Of a stretch of DNA of 64,000 nt, positions 56,016 through 63,684 are shown in pieces. The notes beneath the pieces were generated by a model, which saw nothing but the letters and a program-made list of their open reading frames with translations, had not been told where the DNA came from and made no database searches. Made by a program: the position numbers and the translations under genes. Position 1 is the first letter of the stretch. Every line of letters starts with the position of its first letter. Origin of the DNA: an uncultured Defluviitaleaceae bacterium (GTDB lineage Bacteria; Bacillota; Clostridia; Lachnospirales; CAYYRV01); assembly GCA_964474135.1 (NCBI GenBank), contig CAYYRV010000002.1:74473-138472 (forward strand), given 5' to 3'.

Positions 56016-56050
56016 TGTCGAACTCATGTTGAATTAACATGAGTTCGACA
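56016..56050. repeat. Perfect 15-bp palindrome built on the TAGCATGAGTTCG-type core
   Basis: TGTCGAACTCATGTT-GAATT-AACATGAGTTCGACA, between convergent genes. No flanking T-run on either strand. Confidence 0.7.
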
Positions 56051-56080
56051 ATGTTGTACTAGCTTTAGAAACAATTCAGG

Positions 56081-57649
56081 TTAAGCTGATTTTTTAAGTA
56101 TTAGAAGCTTCTGACCTGGAAAAATTTTATTAGGATTTTCTATTTCGTTTACCATAAGTAAATCATCAATAGAGGTATTATATCTTTTGGCAATTTTCCA
56201 AAGATTATCGTCACACTGTACGACATAAATAGTCATGCTTGCCATTTTATCAAGTAATGATTTGTCAATATCAACAAATTCAATATCTGTAATCATATTT
56301 GCTTGCTGCTCATCAATTACTTGTGTGCTAAAACTTAATAAAAATCTAAGTTCCATTTCTTTTCCACTTAACATATTAAATCCCACATGGTCTATACTTG
56401 CGTCAAGTTCCACACTCATGCCAGGAGAAGCACCTTTTGTCTCGATAATTTGTCTATATGGAATAATAGGTTTATATGAGAAAAGCGGTGTCGTATCACT
56501 TTCTGCTACATACAAAACGTCAGCTTCAATTATTCCCTCAACGATAACTTTATCTTCTATTACTTTTGTTTCATCTATATAAGGTTTACCTTTCACCCTA
56601 AATATTTGTAAAATATCAGGGCAGTTAGATTCTAGCTGTACAACTTCTTTAATAGGGCTTTGATTTTTGTTTCTGCAAACTAGTTTAGGGTAATTAATAA
56701 TATCTTTGCTAATATTCAGATTTTTATTTATACAATAAGCATCCTCTAATATCTCAAGTGTTTCTTGACAATGTATTTTAGCAAGAATACCAATAGAAAT
56801 TTCTACTTCTATAACCCTGTCTTCTCCATCAGAATCGGGTCTTGCCTGTATATATTGGTCTTGAACATTTAGGAAGACATCTGCCAACATATCATCTTTT
56901 GCATTTGAAATATCAATTGAACCGTTAAATGGTACTTCATGTTCAACAAATTCGATTAAACTGCTTTCGTCGTCTCCTCTGTATAATGTAGATATAATAA
57001 GTTCTCCATTTACAGTTACTTTTCCATTTGAAACTCTTACTTCCTTATTAGATACCATAACATTACATTGCAAAATTTCACGAATGTTAGGTTTGCCCGA
57101 TGTAATTGTTAGTTCATCTTTAATTATAAACCTGTCAACTTTATTTTCTATACTTCTGTTTAAGGACAAATTTGTTTTAAGCAATTGATTTTCGGGTATA
57201 TCGCTTATATTTACAACAATCTCATGTTCTTCTGTTTTTTCGCATACAACGCATATATCCGCAACTGCTCGATAACTTACTTTCCTATCATTAAGCATTT
57301 TATAATCTACATTTGTAAGTTCAGCCTTTACCTCAACCCACATATCTTTTGTTACGCCTTCCATGTTTATAAAATCATCAATATTTGTTGTTACACTCAT
57401 ACTATGTACAGGCTTATCGTTGCCTTTTGATAAATATAATACTTCAACATCTAGCTTTCCAATAAAGTTAACCCTATCATTTGAAACATCTGTGCGTTCT
57501 ATGCATATTTTTGCATCTGTTTGCAGTATAACAGCCATATCAGGTTTTATGTCTGGTACAATCAAATCTCCCTCCAATAAAATCTGTGTTGTCTCCTTGC
57601 CTACTTTCTCATCTAAAGTTATTTTTTCTCTTATTAATTCATTTGACAT
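56081..57649 (-). CDS. LysM-domain protein with repeated DUF3794/SPOCS-like domains (spore-coat/cortex-associated type)
   Basis: C-terminal LysM domain (YVVQCDDNLWKIAKRYNTSIDDLLMVNEI..PGQKLLI). AGGAGG SD. Confidence 0.7.
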   Translation of the reverse strand: MSNELIREKITLDEKVGKETTQILLEGDLIVPDIKPDMAVILQTDAKICIERTDVSNDRVNFIGKLDVEVLYLSKGNDKPVHSMSVTTNIDDFINMEGVTKDMWVEVKAELTNVDYKMLNDRKVSYRAVADICVVCEKTEEHEIVVNISDIPENQLLKTNLSLNRSIENKVDRFIIKDELTITSGKPNIREILQCNVMVSNKEVRVSNGKVTVNGELIISTLYRGDDESSLIEFVEHEVPFNGSIDISNAKDDMLADVFLNVQDQYIQARPDSDGEDRVIEVEISIGILAKIHCQETLEILEDAYCINKNLNISKDIINYPKLVCRNKNQSPIKEVVQLESNCPDILQIFRVKGKPYIDETKVIEDKVIVEGIIEADVLYVAESDTTPLFSYKPIIPYRQIIETKGASPGMSVELDASIDHVGFNMLSGKEMELRFLLSFSTQVIDEQQANMITDIEFVDIDKSLLDKMASMTIYVVQCDDNLWKIAKRYNTSIDDLLMVNEIENPNKIFPGQKLLILKKSA

Positions 57650-57684
57650 AAAAGAATACCTCCTTTATATATGATTTGTTTTAA

Positions 57685-57701
57685 ATTAGCATGAGTTCGA
57701 T
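57685..57701 (+). repeat. Solo core motif ATTAGCATGAGTTCGAT, antisense to the LysM-gene leader
   Basis: Lies 36 nt from the LysM gene start codon. Inverted relative to the core inside copy A. Confidence 0.45.
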
Positions 57702-57763
57702 AATATAAAATTGCTTGAATTTTTGATAATATGAGCACAAATTTATACAAAATTTATGCTTAT

Positions 57764-57832
57764 AACATGAAAAATATCATGGTTTTACGTTTGTTTCACA
57801 ATCCAATTTGACTACACCGAACTTACATTAAA
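57764..57832 (-). promoter_or_regulatory. Copy A of the conserved 5'-leader element (unclassified), 114 nt upstream of the LysM gene
   Basis: Shares exact AACATGAAAAAT and TTGTTTCACAA with copy B at identical 15-nt spacing. 32 of the first 41 positions are identical. Confidence 0.5.
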
Positions 57833-57973
57833 TTATGTTAGTTTTTTAAAACAAATCATTATTAGCCAGTTATACTTAATATATTATGCTAGAAGGTGAT
57901 TTATGATTATTATTATTTCAATCAAGTTAAAGTTGGGCTAGACAATGCTGCAATTAATTAATAATTTTCATAC

Positions 57974-58007
57974 AAAAAAGCTGTCAAACTTATATTTGAC
58001 AGCTTTT
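57974..58007 (-). terminator. Rho-independent terminator of the tRNA cluster
   Basis: 13-bp stem AAAAGCTGTCAAA/TTTGACAGCTTTT. The minus-strand transcript ends in TTTTTTG. Confidence 0.7.
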
Positions 58008-58019
58008 AATAAAAAATAA

Positions 58020-58093
58020 TAGCGGAAGAGGGATTTGAACCCCCGACACTGCGGGTATGAACCGCATGCTCTAGCCAACTGAGCTATTCCGCC
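58020..58093 (-). tRNA. tRNA-Met (anticodon CAT), elongator-like; an Ile2 (lysidine) identity cannot be excluded
   Basis: GGCGGAATAGCTCAGTTGGCTAGAGCATGCGGTTCATACCCGCAGTGTCGGGGGTTCAAATCCCTCTTCCGCTA folds as a cloverleaf. No encoded CCA. Confidence 0.9.
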
Positions 58094-58101
58094 AAAATAT
58101 A

Positions 58102-58174
58102 TGGGCACAGAAGGGCTCGAACCTCCGACATCCTGCTTGTAAGGCAGGCGCTCTCCCAGCTGAGCTATGCGCCC
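58102..58174 (-). tRNA. tRNA-Val (anticodon TAC)
   Basis: GGGCGCATAGCTCAGCTGGGAGAGCGCCTGCCTTACAAGCAGGATGTCGGAGGTTCGAGCCCTTCTGTGCCCA. No encoded CCA. Confidence 0.9.
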
Positions 58175-58186
58175 GGGTTGTGATAA

Positions 58187-58263
58187 TGGTCTGGGTGACA
58201 GGATTTGAACCTGCGACCTCTAGAACCCCATTCTAGCGCGCTACCAAGCTACGCCACACCCAG
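58187..58263 (-). tRNA. tRNA-Pro (anticodon GGG), CCA encoded
   Basis: CTGGGTGTGGCGTAGCTTGGTAGCGCGCTAGAATGGGGTTCTAGAGGTCGCAGGTTCAAATCCTGTCACCCAGACCA. C1-G72 pair and G37 are typical of tRNA-Pro. Confidence 0.9.
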
Positions 58264-58338
58264 AAGAAGACCTCTTAAAACATACTTTTAAAAAATCACC
58301 TTCAATAAGGGTTTTAATATCATTTGACAACGAAATAC

Positions 58339-58367
58339 ATTGTAGCATACGTTATAAAACAAGTCAA
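58339..58367 (-). promoter_or_regulatory. Strong sigma-A promoter of the tRNA cluster
   Basis: Minus strand reads TTGACT, 17 nt, TGc-TACAAT. Lies about 75 nt upstream of tRNA-Pro. Confidence 0.6.
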
Positions 58368-58487
58368 TAGTTTTTTTAACATATTTTTTTATTTTTTATT
58401 ATAATGGTTAGATGTAGTTTACAATTAGTTCGACGAAGCCAAAGCGACTTGTTAATTAAAGAAAAAATCATAATATCTTATGTTCTG

Positions 58488-58538
58488 TAATATTAGCATA
58501 AGTTTAACATTGTATTTGCTAAACTTATGCTAATATTA
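58488..58538. repeat. 19-bp perfect palindrome carrying a core-motif variant (ATTAGCATAAGTTTA)
   Basis: TAATATTAGCATAAGTTTA, a 13-nt loop, then TAAACTTATGCTAATATTA. Lies 60 nt downstream of the spoIIM stop. Confidence 0.65.
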
Positions 58539-58597
58539 TTAAAAGTCCTTCATAATACGAGCTACATCGGAATACTAGCAGTATTTTTATATTAAAA

Positions 58598-59212
58598 TCA
58601 ATTTAGAAATGCACTTTTTACTAAATTAGGAACTACATAAACTTCCAATAGACTTGTAAGTATTGCAAATAAGCAACATATTAGAAGTATGCAAAAATAT
58701 TCCTTTAAAAAACTTGAATCTTTTTCTTTATTATTATTAATATTAAAAAGTATGTAATTTATTGAGCAATACGACGTAAAAAAATATGTAGGTATTATAA
58801 TTATGCTTTGAGGTAAGTACACTATCGCTGCTGTTATTGCACCATAAAAGCCAAATTGTTCTATTAGAAGCCCTGTGGTAAAGCCATACCCTGCTCCTTT
58901 TACCAACAGCAGTATGAAAACGATAAATCCTCCTGCCGGAATAAATCCAAGCAACCATATAATAATAACTAGCTTTGTATGTTTAAATATGCTTTCTCTA
59001 AGCCTGTCCATTTTATCAGCATTGTTAATATTGTTAAAAGAATGTAGATAGTCTTTAATAGAGACAGAAATCTCATTGAAGTATGCTCCATCTAAGGATT
59101 TTACAGAAATAATTCCTACAGCCAAACCTGCTACAAAACATAATGCAATTAATGTTAAAATAGCTTGTTTTTTTGTAAATACAAACTTTTTATGCTTTCG
59201 TTTTTTTACCAA
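58598..59212 (-). CDS. spoIIM: Stage II sporulation protein M
   Basis: About 200-aa polytopic membrane protein with pattern LVIIIWLLGF...VKGAGYGFTTG. TTG start after a GGGAGG SD. nudF-spoIIM neighbourhood. Confidence 0.7.
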   Translation of the reverse strand: MVKKRKHKKFVFTKKQAILTLIALCFVAGLAVGIISVKSLDGAYFNEISVSIKDYLHSFNNINNADKMDRLRESIFKHTKLVIIIWLLGFIPAGGFIVFILLLVKGAGYGFTTGLLIEQFGFYGAITAAIVYLPQSIIIIPTYFFTSYCSINYILFNINNNKEKDSSFLKEYFCILLICCLFAILTSLLEVYVVPNLVKSAFLN

Positions 59213-59312
59213 TTCGATATTCCTCCCTTGTAAGATTCTGTATAAAATATATGCTTATTATATATATTCTTATAAGAGAGGCATTATAACCCAACATTTT
59301 TTTAGTTAAAAA

Positions 59313-59363
59313 AAGGATAGGAAAGCTTTTTTAAAAAAGTTTTCCTATCCCTTCAAAAAACTG
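59313..59363 (-). repeat. Family-1 stem-loop repeat, reverse, diverged stem
   Basis: GGATAGGAAAGCTTTTTT-A-AAAAAGTTTTCCTATCC followed by CTTCAAAAAACTG. Confidence 0.7.
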
Positions 59364-59382
59364 AGACTAGTTTTAGTTCATA

Positions 59383-59922
59383 TTATTTGTTTTTGCTTAA
59401 CAATTCTTTATATGCCAAAATAGCAACCATCGTTTTAGAATCTTTTATTTTTCCATTAAAAATCATTTCAACAGATTCATCTAAAGAATATTTTTCTATA
59501 GCAACAAATTCATCTTCATCTAAATTTTGTTTGCCCTCATATAACCCCTCTGCAATATATATATGAAGCATTTCGGTACAGAACCCAACAGCTGAATACA
59601 TTTTTGTAAGAAACTCAATTTTTGAAGCTTTAAATCCTGTTTCTTCTTCAAGCTCTCTTTCTGCACAGTCATATGGGTCTTCATCTTTCTCAAGTGTGCC
59701 TGCAGGAATCTCAAGAATATGTTCTAAAGCTGGGTGACGATACTGTCTGACAAATATAATATTACCATCATTGTCTATAGGTATTATTGCAGAAGCCCCA
59801 TTATGAATAATAATTTCTCTAATTACTTCTTTGCCATGAGGCATTAAAATAGTATCCTGAACTACTTCTATTATTTTTCCTTTAAAAACCTCATTACGTT
59901 TTATAAATTTATAATTGTCCAT
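59383..59922 (-). CDS. nudF: NUDIX hydrolase (ADP-ribose pyrophosphatase-like)
   Basis: Nudix box GTLEKDEDPYDCAERELEEETG. Confidence 0.8.
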   Translation of the reverse strand: MDNYKFIKRNEVFKGKIIEVVQDTILMPHGKEVIREIIIHNGASAIIPIDNDGNIIFVRQYRHPALEHILEIPAGTLEKDEDPYDCAERELEEETGFKASKIEFLTKMYSAVGFCTEMLHIYIAEGLYEGKQNLDEDEFVAIEKYSLDESVEMIFNGKIKDSKTMVAILAYKELLSKNK

Positions 59923-59944
59923 ATTATTACTCCTTTCCTTTTTT

Positions 59945-60090
59945 AGTTAATAGTTTGGGGCTTTCATCCCCAAACCCCGACTTCTTTCTTAAAAGAAAGA
60001 AGCAAAGAATTTTTGCTAGAAACGCACTTTGTGCGTTTCTTTTTCCTTGCTCATTTATAGTGGTTAATCTTTTGCAAACCTAAGGTTTTT
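59945..60090 (+). repeat. Mosaic repeat block of three consecutive hairpin modules plus a T-rich tail
   Basis: GTTTGGGG-CTTTCAT-CCCCAAAC (59953-59975), CTTCTTTC-TTAAAA-GAAAGAAG (59981-60002), AGAAACGCAC-TTT-GTGCGTTTCT (60018-40), then ...CCTAAGGTTTTTTT. Confidence 0.8.
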
Positions 60091-60105
60091 TTATAAAAAA
60101 TAAAA

Positions 60106-61494
60106 TTAAAACTCACAGTTATTAACAGTTCTAGGGAAAGGTACAACGTCCCTAATATTTGAGATACCTGTAATATACATAATTAATCTCTCGAATCCTA
60201 AACCATAACCTGCATGTTTAACACTTCCAAATCTCCTTAAATCCAAATACCACCAGTAATCATCTTTACTTAATCCCAATTCTTCCATTCTATTTTCCAA
60301 AACATCTAAACGTTCTTCCCTTTGGCTTCCTCCAATAATTTCTCCAATACCCGGAACAAGCAAGTCCATAGCAGAAACTGTTTTGTTATCTTCATTTATT
60401 CTCATATAAAACGATTTAATTTCTTTAGGGTAGTCTATTACAAAGACAGGCTTTTTATATACTGTTTCTGTAATATATCTTTCATGTTCTGTCTGAATGT
60501 CTGAACCCCATTTAACAGGATATTCAAACTTTACATCAGCTTTTTCAAGAATATCTATTGCTTCTGTATAAGTAATTGTTGCAAATTCAGAATTTAAAAT
60601 ATTATTAAGTCTCTCTGTAAGCCCCTTATCAACAAAGCTGTTAAAAAACTCCATTTCTTCAGGGGCATTGTCCATAACATACTTAATTATGTGCTTTAAC
60701 ATATCCTCTGATAATTTCATAATATCTTTTAAATCGGCAAATGCTATTTCAGGCTCTATCATCCAAAACTCTGCTGCATGTCGAGTTGTATTTGAGTTTT
60801 CAGCACGGAATGTAGGTCCAAAAGTATAAACATCTCTAAAAGCCATTGCAAATGTCTCAGCTGAAAGCTGTCCACTTACAGTAAGACTTGCCATTTTCCC
60901 AAAAAAGTCTTCCTTAAAATCAATACTACCTTCTTTAGTTTTTGGAGGGTTGTTTAAGTTTAATGTAGTAACTTGGAACATTTCCCCAGCACCTTCACAA
61001 TCGCTTGCTGTAATAATAGGCGTATGTGCGTATACAAATCCTCTTTCATTAAAGAACTGGTGTATAGCATATGAAGCAAGTGAACGTACTCTAAATACTG
61101 CCGAAAATGTATTTGTTCTTGGACGCAAATGAGCAACAGTTCTTAAATACTCAAGCGTATGGCGTTTTTTTTGTAACGGGTAGTCAGAAGCAGAATTACC
61201 TTCTACAATTATATTTTCTGCTTTTATTTCAAATGGTTGTTTGCTTCCTTGGCTTTCAACAACTTTTCCTGTTACAGTAATACTTGCTCCTGCTCCAAGT
61301 TTTGTTATTTCTGTAAAATTTTCAAGTTCATTTAAAAAGACAATTTGTATACTTTTAAAAAAACTTCCGTCGTTTAATTCTATGAATCCAAAGTTTTTAT
61401 TATCCCTTACAGTTTTTACCCATCCTCCAACAACAACTTCCTTATCCATATATTCTTCATGCTGTTTATAAATGTCTTTAATTTTTGTATACAT
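60106..61494 (-). CDS. asnS: Asparagine--tRNA ligase
   Basis: Class IIb synthetase, 462 aa. [21 protein letters not shown] and GYGLGFERL motifs. Confidence 0.95.
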   Translation of the reverse strand: MYTKIKDIYKQHEEYMDKEVVVGGWVKTVRDNKNFGFIELNDGSFFKSIQIVFLNELENFTEITKLGAGASITVTGKVVESQGSKQPFEIKAENIIVEGNSASDYPLQKKRHTLEYLRTVAHLRPRTNTFSAVFRVRSLASYAIHQFFNERGFVYAHTPIITASDCEGAGEMFQVTTLNLNNPPKTKEGSIDFKEDFFGKMASLTVSGQLSAETFAMAFRDVYTFGPTFRAENSNTTRHAAEFWMIEPEIAFADLKDIMKLSEDMLKHIIKYVMDNAPEEMEFFNSFVDKGLTERLNNILNSEFATITYTEAIDILEKADVKFEYPVKWGSDIQTEHERYITETVYKKPVFVIDYPKEIKSFYMRINEDNKTVSAMDLLVPGIGEIIGGSQREERLDVLENRMEELGLSKDDYWWYLDLRRFGSVKHAGYGLGFERLIMYITGISNIRDVVPFPRTVNNCEF

Positions 61495-61555
61495 AGAAAC
61501 ACTCCTAAATTTATTTTTTATTTTTAATAAAATTCATATGGCTTATAAATTGATT

Positions 61556-63082
61556 TTATACTAAAGGAGAAACTATCCTCAAAAAAGCCCTCCACATTTT
61601 TTTAGAAAAGCTTTGAGTCTTCCATTTTTCATAATCTATTTCGACAGAAATTTCCATAGTTTTAATAAAATCTTCTTTAAGTTTATATACACATTCTGTA
61701 TTATACATAAAAACTCCGCATTCATAATTCCAAATAAGACTTCTAAAATCAAAGTTTACAGAACCGATAAAGCAAAATTTATCATCTGAAACAATAGACT
61801 TTGCATGTACAAATCCTGGTGAATACTCAAATATTTTAACACCTGAGTTTAAAAGTTCCTCATAAAATGACCTTGTTTCCTCATGTACAAACATTTTATC
61901 AGGTATAAATGGTGTTACGATTCGCACATCAACTCCGCTTTTTGCAGATAAACATAATGCTGAAATCATATCAGAATCAATAACGAGATATGGTGTATAA
62001 ATATATACGTATTTTTCTGCTGTTGATATAATTCTTCTATAATTTAATTCTGCTGGGTTATAATGGTTTGTTGGCCCGTCTCCAAAAGGAACTACATAAC
62101 CATTTTCTTCATTAAATGACAATGTTGGTCTATATATTTCGAAATTACTTTCGCTTTTTGTAATAATATCCCACATTTTGAGGAATAAAACAGTAAAACT
62201 CCATACAGCATCACCTTTAAGCATTACAGCATTATCTTTCCAATGCCCATGTTTAGGGTAATCATTAATATATTCGTCTCCTATATTTATACCACCTGTA
62301 AAACCTACATTACCATCAATTACTACAATTTTTCTGTGGTCTCTATAATTCAAATAACCATATACCGAAAAGGAAAATGGATTGAATGCAAAACATTGTA
62401 TTCCATGTTTATTACAGTCCTCTTGAAAATTTGGAGGCAATATTTTTAAGCTTCCTACTTGGTCATAAATAATTCTTATTTCTACACCTTCAGCAGCCTT
62501 AGCATAAAGGCATTCCATAATCTCTTCTTGCATTCGCCCTTTGCTTATAATAAAAAACTCAATAAAAATGAATTTTTCTGCTTTGGATAATTCATTTTTT
62601 AAAGCTTCAAACAACTCCTCTCCTAATTTTAGGTAAATACTTTTAGTATTTTTATAAACAGGAAATCCTGATGTTTTAAAAAGCATATTAATATTGTTTT
62701 TTGCTTGTAAATCCTCAATCTCATTAATTATTTCATTATTTTGTTTAAGAAGGTTTTCTGTTCTTTTATTAATGTTGTTAATATATACTTCGGTTTTCTT
62801 TGAAATCCTTGTTGTACCCCATAAGAAATAAAATAAAATACCACAAATAGGAACTATCAATATAAAAAGAACCCATGATAATTTAAACGTTATTTTGCCA
62901 GGCTTATATATTATATTTAAAATCATAGCAATACCAATAAGTTCTGCAAAAATATAAACATAATCCCAGACTTCCCAAACCCTAAATATTACAAAAGCTA
63001 GTAAAATTAATTGAACAACTATAAAAAAGATATTTATAATTGTTTTTAGCATATTACCAAAATCTAAACTGCCTACTTTCAA
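61556..63082 (-). CDS. cls: Cardiolipin synthase
   Basis: Two HKD motifs (HRKIVVIDG, HAKSIVSDD) and N-terminal TM helices. Confidence 0.9.
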   Translation of the reverse strand: MKVGSLDFGNMLKTIINIFFIVVQLILLAFVIFRVWEVWDYVYIFAELIGIAMILNIIYKPGKITFKLSWVLFILIVPICGILFYFLWGTTRISKKTEVYINNINKRTENLLKQNNEIINEIEDLQAKNNINMLFKTSGFPVYKNTKSIYLKLGEELFEALKNELSKAEKFIFIEFFIISKGRMQEEIMECLYAKAAEGVEIRIIYDQVGSLKILPPNFQEDCNKHGIQCFAFNPFSFSVYGYLNYRDHRKIVVIDGNVGFTGGINIGDEYINDYPKHGHWKDNAVMLKGDAVWSFTVLFLKMWDIITKSESNFEIYRPTLSFNEENGYVVPFGDGPTNHYNPAELNYRRIISTAEKYVYIYTPYLVIDSDMISALCLSAKSGVDVRIVTPFIPDKMFVHEETRSFYEELLNSGVKIFEYSPGFVHAKSIVSDDKFCFIGSVNFDFRSLIWNYECGVFMYNTECVYKLKEDFIKTMEISVEIDYEKWKTQSFSKKMWRAFLRIVSPLV

Positions 63083-63323
63083 AAAAACACCTACTCTGAT
63101 TATTATTTTTAATGTTTATATTGAGATGAAAAATGCAATTTTAAGCTTGTTTTACAAGACGATTGCACTTTGTCTAACTCACTATATTATTATAACTTTT
63201 TCAAAATAATATAAACATTTGAAAGACTTATCACTTGTCATATATGAAGTTAGTAATATATTCTATAATAATAATTTGGAAATGTCGATATATAATAATG
63301 ATTTTTATAAAATATAGTAAAAA

Positions 63324-63357
63324 TAAAAAAACCTTGAAGCTAATACAATCAAGGTTT
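63324..63357 (-). terminator. Rho-independent terminator of the small Cys-rich gene
   Basis: AACCTTGA/TCAAGGTT stem. The minus-strand transcript ends in TTTTTTT. Confidence 0.65.
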
Positions 63358-63368
63358 AGAGACAGGGG

Positions 63369-63399
63369 TTGGGGTTTATAGCCCTAAAATATTAATATT
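63369..63399. repeat. GGGG/CCC hairpin module with TAAAATATTAATAT tail
   Basis: TTGGGGTTTATAGCCCTAAAATATTAATAT parallels 47987-48015 TTGGGGCTGAATGCCCTAAATATTAATAT. Confidence 0.6.
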
Positions 63400-63411
63400 G
63401 TAAATTCTAAT

Positions 63412-63684
63412 CTATTGAACAGTTTTTTCTTTTTTTATATTATTTTTCGCTTCCATAAATTGATTATATAAATTTTCTCCAATACAGTCTTTTGCGTAAT
63501 TACACCAACTTATACAAGATTGAGAATCATTATATGCAACAAAACCACATTCTGTACAAGATGTTTTTACGTCGCATGAAAACAGTTCAATTTCATTACC
63601 ACATTCAGGGCAAAGTTTTATTTTTAAGGTAGGTGCACCTTTAATATTACTAGCACCCGGACAGCCATTTAACATATAAATCAC
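63412..63684 (-). CDS. Small cysteine-rich protein (zinc-ribbon CPECG...CTECG plus a C-terminal CxxWCxxxxxC cluster); function unknown
   Basis: Ten Cys in 90 aa. Has its own terminator. Start may be the internal Met (MLNGCPG). Confidence 0.5.
   Translation of the reverse strand: MIYMLNGCPGASNIKGAPTLKIKLCPECGNEIELFSCDVKTSCTECGFVAYNDSQSCISWCNYAKDCIGENLYNQFMEAKNNIKKEKTVQ

Noticed and set aside
56015-56032. Mini-ORF MSNSC with a well-spaced AAGGAG SD inside the palindrome
   Set aside because: It has only five codons, no downstream gene on that strand to regulate, and the SD-like sequence may be fortuitous.
8411-56050. Apparent enrichment of Spo0A-box heptamers TGTCGAA/TTCGACA in intergenic regions (8411, 51849, 52735, 54989, 56016, 56044)
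   Set aside because: My rough composition-based expectation is about 6 occurrences in 128 kb of both strands, so the count is not above chance. I did not scan coding regions systematically. I kept this only as a side note on individual loci.
57903-57941. Ile-rich mini-ORF MIIIISIKLKLG with an AAGGTGA SD, possible leader peptide
   Set aside because: SD spacing is short (3-4 nt), there is no downstream plus-strand gene (the tRNA cluster is on the other strand), and there is no conservation evidence.
2578-59363. CRISPR array interpretation of the recurring GAGGAAAC...GTTTCCTC hairpins
   Set aside because: Copies are kilobases apart, occur in both orientations and are separated by ordinary genes. 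There are no regular spacers and no cas genes.
61495-61555. T-box leader upstream of asnS
   Set aside because: Only 61 nt separate the cls stop from the asnS start, too short for a T-box. asnS is probably co-transcribed with cls.
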